Positions 19,971 to 30,456 of a stretch of 64,000 bases of DNA are shown piece by piece. This stretch comes from Coraliomargaritaceae bacterium. Lineage in GTDB: Bacteria > Verrucomicrobiota > Verrucomicrobiia > Opitutales > Coraliomargaritaceae. Under the pieces are notes generated by a model, which was given only the letters and a program-made list of their open reading frames with translations, was not told the DNA's origin and ran no database searches. Positions within the stretch are counted from its first letter, which is position 1, and every line of letters begins with the position of its first letter. The position numbers and the translations under genes are program-made. The DNA lies in contig CBFHKU010000010.1 of the NCBI GenBank assembly GCA_965656495.1, positions 1 through 64,000 of the forward strand. Reading direction: 5' to 3'.

Positions 19971-20824
19971 GGAATCTGCTGTTCGGGCTGGTTTTGGGCC
20001 GCGCCGGGTTGGCGGGCGGTTTGGACGGGCCAGAGGGAGAGCAGGGCGAAAATGAAGAGTGTGATCGAAGCGTAGGCGTGGCGGCGGGTGACGAGTTTTT
20101 TGCGGAGGCGAAGCAGTACGACCATGAGGTATCCAAACCAGACAATGCCGGTCATGCTGAGTTTGAAGAGGGGGACGCGGTCGGGGTTCTCGAGCCAGAA
20201 GAGCGCACCGAATACGAGGGCGGCGGAGAGGCAGATTGTTCCGGTAATGAGGAGCCGCCAAGCAATCGTGTCGAGTTGTTGAACGGAGGGAAGGAGGGCA
20301 TAGATCCCTCGGTGGTGCTTGTGTTTCAGGCCATGTTGTTGGAGGAGAAACATGGCAGAAACGAGCGCGAGGATCGTGAGGACCCCATAACTGAAAATCG
20401 CAAGGGCGGCATGGAGTTCAATCCAGGGTTCGCCCCCGAAGCGTCCGGGGGGATAGGCCTGATCCCATGCGGTGAAGAGGGTAGCAGCCAGCCCGAGGAG
20501 AGCGGAGAATGCGGCGGTGAAAAACCCGAGGAGACGGAGTTGGCAAACGGGACCAATGATGAAGTAGAGGAGGACTGCCGACCATGAGATGAACTGAGCG
20601 ACTTCAAAGGGGTTGCCGAGCGGACAGCCGCCGACGCTGGCGCCACGGAGATTCAGGGCAAGGGTTTGGATGAGGAAGGCGACACTGACGAGGGGCAATA
20701 AGCCAATGCGGGGATAGGGCTTGGAGCGCAGGATGCCGTAGAGTCCGAGGCAGGCGCTAAGTCCGTAGAGGATGGTAGCGGCGAGGAAGACGCTGCGATC
20801 GCTGAGGTCGAGGTTTTCGAGCAT
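19967..20824 (-). CDS. CcsA/HemX-like cytochrome c assembly family membrane protein
   Basis: About 8 TM helices, [22 protein letters not shown]; overlaps the hemA start. Confidence 0.8.
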   Translation of the reverse strand: MLENLDLSDRSVFLAATILYGLSACLGLYGILRSKPYPRIGLLPLVSVAFLIQTLALNLRGASVGGCPLGNPFEVAQFISWSAVLLYFIIGPVCQLRLLGFFTAAFSALLGLAATLFTAWDQAYPPGRFGGEPWIELHAALAIFSYGVLTILALVSAMFLLQQHGLKHKHHRGIYALLPSVQQLDTIAWRLLITGTICLSAALVFGALFWLENPDRVPLFKLSMTGIVWFGYLMVVLLRLRKKLVTRRHAYASITLFIFALLSLWPVQTARQPGAAQNQPEQQIP

Positions 20825-20832
20825 GGCGCAGG

Positions 20833-21909
20833 TTAGCGTTTCATGGGTGCAACGTATGCGGGTGGCGTGGCGTGATCCGTTTTGTAGGCGCCATCTTGCC
20901 AATGACGCACGCGGTCTGCAAGGAATTCGATAAAGCGTGGATGGGTGTTGAGGCAGGGGATTTGTTCGTAGGATTCGCCGCCGGCCTCGATGAAGGTCTC
21001 GCGACCCTCGACTGCGATTTCCTCAAGGGTTTCCAAGCAGTCGGCGGTAAAGGCGGGGCACATGACTTTGACGTTTTTGTGGCCGTCTTCGGCGAGTTGT
21101 TCGAGGGTTTGGTCGGTGTAGGGTTGGAGCCAGGGTTCGCGTCCAAGGCGTGACTGAAAGGTGATGCGGTATTTGTCGGGGGTAAGCCCCGCAGCCTTCA
21201 CGAATTTTTCAACGGTCATCGCGCACTGGTGGCGATAACAGGTGGCGTGCGCGGGGTGGCAGGTGTTGCAACAGTCGGGAGTTGTGAGGCAGTGCTGATG
21301 GGAGGGGTCACCTTTGATGAGGTGGCGTTGCGGGATGCCGTGAAAGGAAAAGAGCAGTTGGTCGAAGTCTTCTTTTTCGAGTGCGGGTCGTGCGGTTTCC
21401 ACCAATGCTTCGATATAGCCCGGCTCTTGGTAGTAGGGAGGAAGGAGGGTGGTTTTGAGATCGGGCGCGTGTTTGCGAACGGCTTCCATGAGGTGCACCA
21501 CGGCGGTCTCATAGCTGGACATCGCGTAGTGTGGGTACATGGGGATGATGAAGAGATCGTCGACGCCTTGGTCGAGGAGTTTGAGAAGGGCGCTTTCGGT
21601 GCTGGGGTTGCCGTAGCGCATGCCGAGTTCAGTGGGGAGTCCGGTGCTTTGAGCGAGGGCGGCTTGTTGTTCGCGTGAGGTCAGGACAAGGGGAGAGCCT
21701 TCGGGTTTCCAAATGCTGGCATAGGCCTCGGCGGATTGGCGTGGTCGCTTGGGTAGGATGAAGCAATTGACGATGAGCCAGCGGATGAATTTGGGGGCGT
21801 CAAGGACCCGCTCGTCCATCAGGAATTCGCGGAGGTAGTTGCGCACGTCGTTGACCGCGGTGGAATCGGGCGATCCGAGGTTGAGTAGGATAAGGCCTTG
21901 TTTGGACAT
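20833..21909 (-). CDS. hemH: ferrochelatase
   Basis: [43 protein letters not shown]. Confidence 0.96.
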   Translation of the reverse strand: MSKQGLILLNLGSPDSTAVNDVRNYLREFLMDERVLDAPKFIRWLIVNCFILPKRPRQSAEAYASIWKPEGSPLVLTSREQQAALAQSTGLPTELGMRYGNPSTESALLKLLDQGVDDLFIIPMYPHYAMSSYETAVVHLMEAVRKHAPDLKTTLLPPYYQEPGYIEALVETARPALEKEDFDQLLFSFHGIPQRHLIKGDPSHQHCLTTPDCCNTCHPAHATCYRHQCAMTVEKFVKAAGLTPDKYRITFQSRLGREPWLQPYTDQTLEQLAEDGHKNVKVMCPAFTADCLETLEEIAVEGRETFIEAGGESYEQIPCLNTHPRFIEFLADRVRHWQDGAYKTDHATPPAYVAPMKR

Positions 21910-21941
21910 AGCCTAAGTGAAGCGGGGTAGTTGGCGGTCTG

Positions 21942-23063
21942 TCAAACCGAAGGCGATTTTGTGCGGAATGCTTTTGGGGAGCATTGGTTGTGTTTTTTAA
22001 ACCAGGCGGAGAAATGTTGGGGTTCGGGATAACCGGATTGACGGCCGACTTCCATGATTGGGATGCGGGTTGAGCGCAGGAGTTGGCGGGCTTGATGGAG
22101 GCGGGCTTGGGTAATGAGGCGGAGGGGGCTGGTTTGGAGCTCGGCATTGAGGGCGAGCTCGAGGGCGCGACGCGAAGCACCGGCGCGTTGTGCGAGGCTG
22201 GCGGCGTCAAGGTTGGGGTCGGCGAGGTGGTCGTTGATAATTTGCTGGGCGCGTTGGGTGAGTCTGGCGCGATTGGAAGGGAGGGTTGATTCGCGTGGGA
22301 GGAGGCGCAATTTCCCGGGATGGTGAGGACCGGTGGGGAGGGGGTTGTTGGAAAGCCGGGCGTGTAGGATTTTGGCGGCACGGTATCCGCAGGCGTGAAC
22401 GGGGAGTTCAAAGCTGCTGATTTCGAGACCCGCGAAGATGGATTCGGAAGGATCATTGTCGACTCCAAGGATGAGGAGGTCGCGACCGCAACGGAGTTTT
22501 GATTTTTGAGCTTCGAGGATTATCTCGCGGGCGAGGCGGTCGTTATTGCAAAAGATGCCGAGCGGCTTGGCGGAGAGCGACGTGAATTGTTTCAGGTTTT
22601 CACTGAAGGGTAGCGTGGGGTTCCACAGGTTCAGTGGATGGTTTTGGATTGTATCTTTAAACCCTTCCCGGCGGAGTTGCGTATAATGTATGCTATCGGA
22701 ACCGCAGAAGGCGAACTGGCGGGCGCCTTGCCGGAGGAGGTGTTTTGCGGCGAGTTGACCGATGGCAAAATCGTTAATCGTTACGGTGGGTACGGCGGTG
22801 ATTTTGGAGAAGTTGAAGAGGTTGACGGCGTGGACCCCGTGTTCGTGCAATCCGTTGAGCCAGTTGTCGCTGACGAAGGTGCCGATGGCGCCTGCCAGTT
22901 GGCGCGATTGGGCGAGTTGAAACAGTTTTGCCTCAAAGCCAATTTGTAGCGGGACGAGTCGCCAATCAAGTTGATGATCGTTCAGATAGTCCGCGACGCC
23001 GCGAAAGATGCTGGCGGCGTGGCGAAAGTTGGAGTCAAATGCAATGGCAATGCTGGCGGGCAT
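21942..23063 (-). CDS. XylR-like regulator (PBP-like sensor + AraC HTH)
   Basis: IFRGVADY, GIFCNND, LGVDND; C-terminal AraC (SGYPEPQHFSAWFKK..SP). Confidence 0.85.
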   Translation of the reverse strand: MPASIAIAFDSNFRHAASIFRGVADYLNDHQLDWRLVPLQIGFEAKLFQLAQSRQLAGAIGTFVSDNWLNGLHEHGVHAVNLFNFSKITAVPTVTINDFAIGQLAAKHLLRQGARQFAFCGSDSIHYTQLRREGFKDTIQNHPLNLWNPTLPFSENLKQFTSLSAKPLGIFCNNDRLAREIILEAQKSKLRCGRDLLILGVDNDPSESIFAGLEISSFELPVHACGYRAAKILHARLSNNPLPTGPHHPGKLRLLPRESTLPSNRARLTQRAQQIINDHLADPNLDAASLAQRAGASRRALELALNAELQTSPLRLITQARLHQARQLLRSTRIPIMEVGRQSGYPEPQHFSAWFKKHNQCSPKAFRTKSPSV

Positions 23064-23146
23064 TTCAATAAATGTAGCAAATATATAAAAATTAATACGT
23101 AAATACGAAAAGACAAGGCAATCTTTGTTATGCTATGCTGCGGCTC

Positions 23147-24163
23147 ATGAAAAAAGCATTGATAACAGGAATAACCGGACAGGACGGGTCTTATCTCGCA
23201 GAATTGTTGCTCGAGAAGGGCTACGAGGTACATGGGATCATACGCCGCTCCTCAACCTTTAATACATCGCGGATCGACCACCTCTACAAAGACCCGCATC
23301 TGAAAAACACAAAACTGCTCCTCCATTATGGCGATCTGGCGGACGGAGTGATGTTGATGAAATTATTGTATCAGCTTCAACCGGATGAGATTTACCACCT
23401 TGGGGCACAAAGCCATGTGCGGGTCTCGTTTGATGTGCCGGAATACACCGGAGACGTGACGGGTCTGGGAACGCTGCGTTTACTGGAGGCGATTCGCGAA
23501 GTGGGGCTCGAGGGTAAATGCCGTTTTTATCAGGCTTCATCGTCAGAGATGTTTGGTATGGTACAGGAAGTGCCACAAACGGAGCAGACTCCATTTTACC
23601 CGCGTTCGCCCTACGGATGTGCGAAGGTGTATGCGTATTGGTTGACGGTGAATTATCGTGAATCGTACGGAATGCACGCGACGAATGGCATTCTTTTTAA
23701 TCATGAATCCCCGCGCCGGGGGGAGACTTTTGTGACGCGCAAGATCACACGGGCGGCGACTCGCATCAAGTTGGGTCTGCAGGATAAACTCTACCTGGGG
23801 AATCTGGACGCCAAGCGCGACTGGGGCTACGCGAAAGAATACGTCGAGGCAATGTGGTTGATGTTGCAGCAGGATTCCGGTGACGACTATGTGATGGCGA
23901 CCAACGAGACGCACTCGGTAAAGGACTTCGTGATGGAAACCTTTGCCTTGTTGGATCTGGATTGGGAGCAATACGTGGATTACGACAAGCGCTACGAGCG
24001 ACCCACGGAAGTGGATTTGCTGATCGGGGATCCGGCGAAAGCGAAGCGGCAACTGAACTGGGAACCGAAGGTACGCTTCAAGGATTTGGTGAAGATCATG
24101 GTGGATGCAGACCTTGTTCTGGCAAAGCAGGAGTTGGCCTACAAACAGGCGGTGGAAGCTTAA
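23147..24163 (+). CDS. gmd: GDP-mannose 4,6-dehydratase
   Basis: [35 protein letters not shown]. Confidence 0.97.
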   Translation: MKKALITGITGQDGSYLAELLLEKGYEVHGIIRRSSTFNTSRIDHLYKDPHLKNTKLLLHYGDLADGVMLMKLLYQLQPDEIYHLGAQSHVRVSFDVPEYTGDVTGLGTLRLLEAIREVGLEGKCRFYQASSSEMFGMVQEVPQTEQTPFYPRSPYGCAKVYAYWLTVNYRESYGMHATNGILFNHESPRRGETFVTRKITRAATRIKLGLQDKLYLGNLDAKRDWGYAKEYVEAMWLMLQQDSGDDYVMATNETHSVKDFVMETFALLDLDWEQYVDYDKRYERPTEVDLLIGDPAKAKRQLNWEPKVRFKDLVKIMVDADLVLAKQELAYKQAVEA

Positions 24164-24181
24164 AAAGGGAGGATGCAAGCA

Positions 24182-25129
24182 ATGCGCGAGGATGCAAAAA
24201 TCTACTTGGCGGGCCATGGCGGGATGGTAGGCGCGGCGGTGGAGCGCTGCTTGCGCGCGGGTGGTTATGAGAATCTGGTAACCCGCAAGCGCGGGGAATT
24301 GGACCTAACGGACCAGTCGGCAGTGCGTGATTTTTACCGTGAGGAAAAGCCGGAGGTGGCGATTATCGCGGCGGCGCGGGTTGGCGGCATTCACGCCAAC
24401 AACAGCTATCCAGCAGAGTTTATCTTTGATAATCTCGCGATTGCACAAAACACCATTGACGGCGCATACCGCGCGGGCGTGAAGCGGGTGCTTTTTCTTG
24501 GAAGCACCTGCATCTATCCCAAAATGGCGGAGCAGCCGATGCGGGAGGAGGTCTTGCTGACTTCCGCCCTCGAGCCTACGAATGAGGCCTACGCCATCGC
24601 AAAAATCGCGGGCTTGAAGCTCTGCCAGTTTTATCGCTCGCAATACGGGGTGTGCTACCATTCCGCGATGCCGACAAATCTATACGGCCCGGGTGACAAT
24701 TATCACCCGGAAAACTCGCATGTGTTGCCAGCTCTGATTCGTCGTTTCCACGAGGCGAAAGAAACGGGTGCGCCCGAAGTGGTGGTTTGGGGCACGGGAA
24801 GCCCCCGGCGGGAATTTTTGCATGCGGATGACGCGGCTGCGGGAATCGTTCACCTGCTGCAACTGGATAATCCGCCGGACTGGGTCAATCTCGGTTGCGG
24901 GACAGATGTTTCGATCGGGGATCTCGCGCGCTTGGTTAAAGCGGCCGTGGGTTACGAGGGGCAATTGACTTTCGACAAGAGCAAGCCGGACGGGACCCCG
25001 CGCAAGTTAACGGACACCAGCTTGATTCAATCGACGGGATGGAAACCCGCTATCCCGATCGAGGAGGGCATTGCAATGACTTACGGTGCCTTCCTCCAGG
25101 AAATGGCAGACGGACGCTTGCGCTGCTAG
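24182..25129 (+). CDS. fcl: GDP-L-fucose synthase
   Basis: [39 protein letters not shown] 9 nt upstream of ATG 24182. Confidence 0.95.
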   Translation: MREDAKIYLAGHGGMVGAAVERCLRAGGYENLVTRKRGELDLTDQSAVRDFYREEKPEVAIIAAARVGGIHANNSYPAEFIFDNLAIAQNTIDGAYRAGVKRVLFLGSTCIYPKMAEQPMREEVLLTSALEPTNEAYAIAKIAGLKLCQFYRSQYGVCYHSAMPTNLYGPGDNYHPENSHVLPALIRRFHEAKETGAPEVVVWGTGSPRREFLHADDAAAGIVHLLQLDNPPDWVNLGCGTDVSIGDLARLVKAAVGYEGQLTFDKSKPDGTPRKLTDTSLIQSTGWKPAIPIEEGIAMTYGAFLQEMADGRLRC

Positions 25130-25147
25130 TGGCGAAATCGCCTGCCT

Positions 25148-25495
25148 TTAGAAGGGCGGCTCCTCGTCGAGGACAACATCGTCCGGTTCGAATGGGGCTT
25201 CATCTGGGGTGGGCTCGGCTTTGCCTCCTCCGGATCCGGTTATTTTCCAAGCAACGAGGTTGGTGAAGTATTTGCCCTGCCATTCACGGCAGCGGATGTC
25301 GAAAGAGACGGTGACGGCATCGCCCTCCTTGAGGTGATCGACAAGCTCCACTTTGTCTTTCACGCACTCAAAATTCATGTCTTGTTCAAACTTACCGTCT
25401 TTAGTAGTTAGAAGAAATTCCCGCTTATTAAAGCCACCTTTGAAGGTTTGCTCGGGGAAGATGCTTTTGATGGATCCTGAAATTTCAAATGACAT
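25148..25495 (-). CDS. DUF3127 OB-fold (SSB-like) protein
   Basis: FNKREF, VSFDIRCREWQGKYFTNLVAWKI, acidic PF C-terminus. Confidence 0.85.
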   Translation of the reverse strand: MSFEISGSIKSIFPEQTFKGGFNKREFLLTTKDGKFEQDMNFECVKDKVELVDHLKEGDAVTVSFDIRCREWQGKYFTNLVAWKITGSGGGKAEPTPDEAPFEPDDVVLDEEPPF

Positions 25496-25646
25496 TTGCG
25501 TATAAAAATAGTGTTGGGATAAAGATGCAACTTTTTCTCTGAAACTTATTCGTGAGGGATAAATCCCAGTACATAGCTTGCACGCACCCGCCTTTTATTT
25601 GGTTGTGAATAAACTCTGGCAATGCCATTAACATATATAAACTATT

Positions 25647-27218
25647 ATGAAGATTAAGTATGCCTCCCCCATCTTAAGCACTGATGAAGCCCGCGAAATT
25701 GAAAAATCCCTCCTTGTTGATGCAGGGTCGGAATGGTCTGCGATGGAGACTGCGGGCAAGGGCATAGCGGCGGGGATTTTGCGCGATTTTCAAGAATTAC
25801 AACCCTTGCCGGATGCGCCGCGTGTGCTGGTCTTGGTCGGCAAGGGCCACAATGGAGGCGATGCCCTGCTGGCTGCAGCGGAAATTATGGCACAGCATCC
25901 GCGCAGTAAAGTGTGGTGCCTGTTGGCCTCAGAACGCGATGCGATGAAAGCGCTCGCACGGCGTGCGCTGGAGTCTGTGGAAGGTCGCGTACAGCTGGAA
26001 ACGCTTGGTTCTGAAAGCAGCGCTGAATTGCTTGAGCGCCTGAATGATTTGAGTGGAGGCAAGGGTTTTGATATTTGTTTGGATGGAATACTGGGTTTGT
26101 CTTTTAGGCCGCCGCTGGATGAACGACTTTCCGCTCTGGTGCAGGCGGTAAATGATTATGCTCAAATTGGTTTGCGTGCGGCGGTGGATATGCCCACCGG
26201 TTTAGGCGGAGCGGAACCTTCGATGAGTTTATCGGTCGATTTCACCTATGCCACTGGCTCGGTGAAAAAAATACATTTGGATGGTGGTCAGGCCTGTGGT
26301 CGGGTGCGTTGGGTGGACTTGGGTTTTTTTGAGCAGGGCGAGGCAAAGGCCACAAATGAGTATTTTTTGAGGGACTCTATTTTGAATCCCCTGCGGCAGT
26401 TGCGCCCTTCGATGGTAGATAAACGCACTTTCGGGCATCTTTTTATTGTGGGGGGATCCTCCAATATGCCGGGTGCGCTCCTGATGAGTGTGCAGGCTGC
26501 GGTGCGTTCGGGAGTGGGTCGCGTGACCGCTTTTGCACCACAGTCGGTAGCGGCTTCTCTCGCGGCTCAGGTGCCGGAGGCAATGTGGATTCCCTGGCCT
26601 GAAAGTGGGAACGGGACGCTGAGTCCGCGAGCGCTGCCGCTTTTGATGCAACGCCTGCCTTCGGCTACGGCGGTTTTGGTGGGCCCCGGGATGGGGCGGG
26701 ACCGAAATACCGAGCAGTTGGCGCAGGAAATCATCGGTCAAGTTACGCTACCGGTAATCTGCGATGCAGATGCTTTGGGTTTGCGGGTGGTTGAATTGGT
26801 ACAGAAGCGCAAAGCAGAATGGGGACCGGTGATTCTCACGCCACATATGGGTGAGTTTATGCGTATTGCTGCTTTGGAGAAGCCCACTTTTGAAAGTGAA
26901 TTCCTGATAGATTTCTGTCGCAAGAATCGTGTCGCATTAGTTTTGAAATTGGCACAGACGCGTTGCTGTAATGGGGAGTCGGTCTATTGCAATACCTTTG
27001 GCGGGGCAGTGCTTTCAAGGGGCGGTAGCGGTGACCTGCTGGCGGGCTTGATCGGGGGCAATTTAGCGCAGACGAACGGGCGGGAGTTTGACGCGGTCAT
27101 GCGGGCGGTAGTCTGGCATGGTAAGGCGGCAGAGGCATTGGCACGCAAGCGCGGGCAGATCGCGGTGCGGACAACCGATGTGCTGGCTTATCTCTCGGAA
27201 GTATTGCGAAGTAACTAA
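25647..27218 (+). CDS. nnr: bifunctional NAD(P)H-hydrate epimerase/dehydratase
   Basis: GKGHNGGD, DMPTG, GPGMG, DADAL, LTPHMGE, GGSGDLLAG. Confidence 0.92.
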   Translation: MKIKYASPILSTDEAREIEKSLLVDAGSEWSAMETAGKGIAAGILRDFQELQPLPDAPRVLVLVGKGHNGGDALLAAAEIMAQHPRSKVWCLLASERDAMKALARRALESVEGRVQLETLGSESSAELLERLNDLSGGKGFDICLDGILGLSFRPPLDERLSALVQAVNDYAQIGLRAAVDMPTGLGGAEPSMSLSVDFTYATGSVKKIHLDGGQACGRVRWVDLGFFEQGEAKATNEYFLRDSILNPLRQLRPSMVDKRTFGHLFIVGGSSNMPGALLMSVQAAVRSGVGRVTAFAPQSVAASLAAQVPEAMWIPWPESGNGTLSPRALPLLMQRLPSATAVLVGPGMGRDRNTEQLAQEIIGQVTLPVICDADALGLRVVELVQKRKAEWGPVILTPHMGEFMRIAALEKPTFESEFLIDFCRKNRVALVLKLAQTRCCNGESVYCNTFGGAVLSRGGSGDLLAGLIGGNLAQTNGREFDAVMRAVVWHGKAAEALARKRGQIAVRTTDVLAYLSEVLRSN

Positions 27219-27303
27219 GCAAAACCGGGAGATGTATTGCCCATGGCGGTTTTTGAGTTCTTTGTTTGTCTCGTAATTTTAGCAAAATGGTTATCAATAT
27301 CTA

Positions 27304-28416
27304 ATGTTATCAAAAAAAGATGCCTTGCTTGTTCTGAACGGTCTGCCGCATGTAGGGCCGGTTTTATTGCGGCGACTGCTCGAGTCCTTTGGAGGTGATC
27401 CGGTGGCGGTTTTGTCGGGTTCAATGGAGTCGCTGACGCAGGTGCGTGGAATTGGGCCGCATGCGGCACAGACCCTGATGCATTGGGAAGCATATTTTGA
27501 TCTCGAGCGGGAAAAGGAAAAAATCGGGCAGTATGGGGCGGTTTTTCTGGATGGTGCGCATGAGGACTACCCGATGCTGCTAAAAGAGATGTATGATCCG
27601 CCGATTGGTTTGTATTGGCTGGGTGGATACAAAGTAGATCGTCCTTGTATCGCGATTGTGGGTACGCGTCAGGCCAGTATGTATGGTTTGAAGGTCGCGC
27701 GGAAATTCGGTGCGGAATTAGCGGGTCTAGGATTTTGCGTGGTGAGTGGAATGGCGCGGGGTATTGATACGGCGGCGCACGAGGGAGCTTTGGAGGGGGG
27801 CGGGCCTACGCTCGCGGTTTTGGGTTGTGGTTTGGATATTATATATCCACCGGAGAGCAAGGAGCTCTATGACCGCATTGCGAATCAGGGCGCAGTGGTG
27901 AGTGAATTTCCCTTTGGTCGTCGGGTGGACCGACAGACTTTTCCGATGCGGAACCGAGTGGTGGTAGGAATGTGTGAGGCGGTGATCGTGGTGGAGACGG
28001 CGGCTGCGGGTGGCAGTATGATCACGGCACGCTTTGCGGGGGAACAGGGGCGGTTACTGATGGCAGTGCCGGGGCGGATGGATCAACCGCAGGCGCGTGG
28101 TTGTTTGCAGTTAATCCGGGATGGCGCCTGCATGGTGAGCTCGGTGGATGATGTGCTGGAAGAATTGCGCTACGAGCGCAAGGAGGAAGAGGGGGAGAAG
28201 CCGGGCAGAAAAGAGGCTGTTAACGCAGTGGTTCTCGATGCCAAAGAAAAAGCGCTTATGGATTGTTTGTCGGGCGGGGAGCTTGGGAGCGCGGATTCAT
28301 TGGCGGCGCAAGTGGGATTTCCGGTGCATGAGGTCGCGGCGTCATTAGTGGCTTTGGAATTGAAGCGCTGCGTTGTTAAGCGCATGGATGGGCGTTACGA
28401 GGCGCGGGAGGCCTGA
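27304..28416 (+). CDS. dprA: DNA-processing protein A
   Basis: AIVGTR, VSGMARGID, FPMRNR, GSMITA, C-terminal wHTH. Confidence 0.95.
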   Translation: MLSKKDALLVLNGLPHVGPVLLRRLLESFGGDPVAVLSGSMESLTQVRGIGPHAAQTLMHWEAYFDLEREKEKIGQYGAVFLDGAHEDYPMLLKEMYDPPIGLYWLGGYKVDRPCIAIVGTRQASMYGLKVARKFGAELAGLGFCVVSGMARGIDTAAHEGALEGGGPTLAVLGCGLDIIYPPESKELYDRIANQGAVVSEFPFGRRVDRQTFPMRNRVVVGMCEAVIVVETAAAGGSMITARFAGEQGRLLMAVPGRMDQPQARGCLQLIRDGACMVSSVDDVLEELRYERKEEEGEKPGRKEAVNAVVLDAKEKALMDCLSGGELGSADSLAAQVGFPVHEVAASLVALELKRCVVKRMDGRYEAREA

Positions 28417-28450
28417 TCTTTAACCGGGTCCCGCGGGTAGCGGGAAGTGC

Positions 28451-30229
28451 CTACATGCGATCCAGTGGCTGAATACCCAAGAGCTTGAGGCCCGTCATGA
28501 GTGTGCTGCGGGTGCGGGCGCAAAGGAGGAGGCGACGGGCGCGGGTGGCGGGGTCGTCTACCATGACTTTATCGGCATTGTAGAAGCTGCTGTAGGCCCC
28601 CGCTAGTTCGTAGAGGTAAGTGCACAGGAAGTGGGGTCGCAAATCGCTTAGGGTAAGATCCAGAGCGCTGGGCAGACCCATGAGTTTGCGGGCGAGGGTG
28701 AGTTCGGCATCGGTCTCAAGCGAGCCGGCTCCCTCGATCGGCGACTCGGGGTCGAGTCCAACTTTGCGGAAGATGCTGTTGATACGCGCCACGGCGTATA
28801 AGAGGTAGGGCGCGGTGTTGCCTTCAAAACTGAGCATGCGGTCCCAGTCAAAGACGTAGTCCTGAGTGCGGTTGGAGGCTAGGTCGGCGTATTTGAGTGC
28901 TCCAATTCCAACCGTGGAGGCAATGGCTTGCCGCTCGGCTTCCGGGAGGTCTGAATTTTTTTCAGTGACGACGGCGAGGGCGCGTTCGCAAGCTTCGTCG
29001 AGGAGGGTCTGGAGTTTGATGGATTCGCCGGACTTGGTCTTGAAGGGTTTTTTATCTTTCCCGAGGATGGTGCCCCACCAAACGTGACGGGTGATGGGCT
29101 TGGGGTAATTACAGGCGTGGAACCATTTTTGAGTAGTTAAGAAGAGCTGCTGGAAATGATCCTGTTGCCGGGCATCCGTGAGGTAGATGACTTCTTCGGC
29201 TTGAAAGTGCTCCACGCGGTAAAGGATCGTGGCAAGATCGGTGGAGGCATAATTGGAGGCGCCGTCGCTTTTGCGAATATTGAAGGGGTAGGGCCGATCA
29301 TTATCCCGAGCGAATTTTTTGACTTCATCATGCCAGACCACAAGGGCGCCCTCGCTGGACTCCGCGATTCCGGCCTCTGTTAGTTCGCGGTAAACGCGCT
29401 CAACTTTGTCGCGATAGAAGGATTCACCGAGGCTGATATCAATGTGTACGCCCATTTGCTGGTACAGTTTTTCGAAGGCGTCTTTTGAAATATCGACAAT
29501 TTTTTCCCAAAAGCGCGTGTTTTCGGGGTCGCCTTCCTGGAGCTTGAGGAGTTCCGCGCGTGATTGGTCGCGCAGGTTGGGTTGTTCTTTTTCGAGTTGG
29601 CTGCCGTCCTTGTAAAGTTGATCCAGCAAAGTGAGGGGATCTTCTTTGATCTGATCCAAATCGATCCCCTCACGCTTGATTTGCATGATGAGGGTTCCGA
29701 AATTGGTGCCCCAGTCACCGATATGATTGTCGCGAACGGTGTCGGCACCGCAAAAATCCAGCAAACGCGCAATGGCCTCTCCGATGACCATGGGGCGGAG
29801 GTGTCCGATGTGTGCTTGCTTGGCGGTATTGGCGCTGGGGTAGTCGATGACGACTTTGCGACCGGCTTTAAGTTTGCCGGCACCTTTCTGGTAATCGGCG
29901 GGGGTGGCATATCGATTGAGCCAGTTCCAAAGGTAGGTTGTGGTGCATTTAAAGTTGATGAAACCCGGTCCAGCCAGAGAGAGTTCGACCAGCGCAGGGT
30001 CAAATTGTCCCGATTCCTTTGCGGCATCGAGGAGTTGCTGCGCCAGTTCGCGGGGGTTTTTTCTATTCCGCTTGGCGAATCCCAGCACCCCATTTGCTTG
30101 AAAATCGCCGAATTTCGGATCGGCGGCGCGTATTTCCGGCTCAAAATCGTCGCTAAAGGCTTCGCAATTCGCGGCAATTTGGCGCAAGACGTTTTCAATA
30201 ACCGTACTGGGATTAAAACTAAGCTGCAT
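28451..30229 (-). CDS. argS: arginyl-tRNA synthetase
   Basis: FGDFQAN, HIGHLR, GDWGT, FKTKSG, GNTAPYLLYA. Confidence 0.97.
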   Translation of the reverse strand: MQLSFNPSTVIENVLRQIAANCEAFSDDFEPEIRAADPKFGDFQANGVLGFAKRNRKNPRELAQQLLDAAKESGQFDPALVELSLAGPGFINFKCTTTYLWNWLNRYATPADYQKGAGKLKAGRKVVIDYPSANTAKQAHIGHLRPMVIGEAIARLLDFCGADTVRDNHIGDWGTNFGTLIMQIKREGIDLDQIKEDPLTLLDQLYKDGSQLEKEQPNLRDQSRAELLKLQEGDPENTRFWEKIVDISKDAFEKLYQQMGVHIDISLGESFYRDKVERVYRELTEAGIAESSEGALVVWHDEVKKFARDNDRPYPFNIRKSDGASNYASTDLATILYRVEHFQAEEVIYLTDARQQDHFQQLFLTTQKWFHACNYPKPITRHVWWGTILGKDKKPFKTKSGESIKLQTLLDEACERALAVVTEKNSDLPEAERQAIASTVGIGALKYADLASNRTQDYVFDWDRMLSFEGNTAPYLLYAVARINSIFRKVGLDPESPIEGAGSLETDAELTLARKLMGLPSALDLTLSDLRPHFLCTYLYELAGAYSSFYNADKVMVDDPATRARRLLLCARTRSTLMTGLKLLGIQPLDRM

Positions 30230-30456
30230 GGTGCTCAGCATAGGGCTCAGACCGGTGGGTCAAGCTTGCAAAGCATTGAAGATGGGGGCCAAAGGTTCAT
30301 TTGAGTTAAGTACCGAAATGTTGCATACAGGTTTCAGATTACAGTGATTTTACAAAATCCCGCATTTTAGGCTCGACATTGCTAGCGATAATCTCCTAAT
30401 GCATAAAGGTTTATGCAGTATAACGAATCCCTTAGGATTCACACACTTTTTGTTAC

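Noticed and set aside
18903..20261. 452-aa extended hemA ORF
   Set aside because: The extension overlaps the ccsA/hemX gene; homology begins at ATG 19970.
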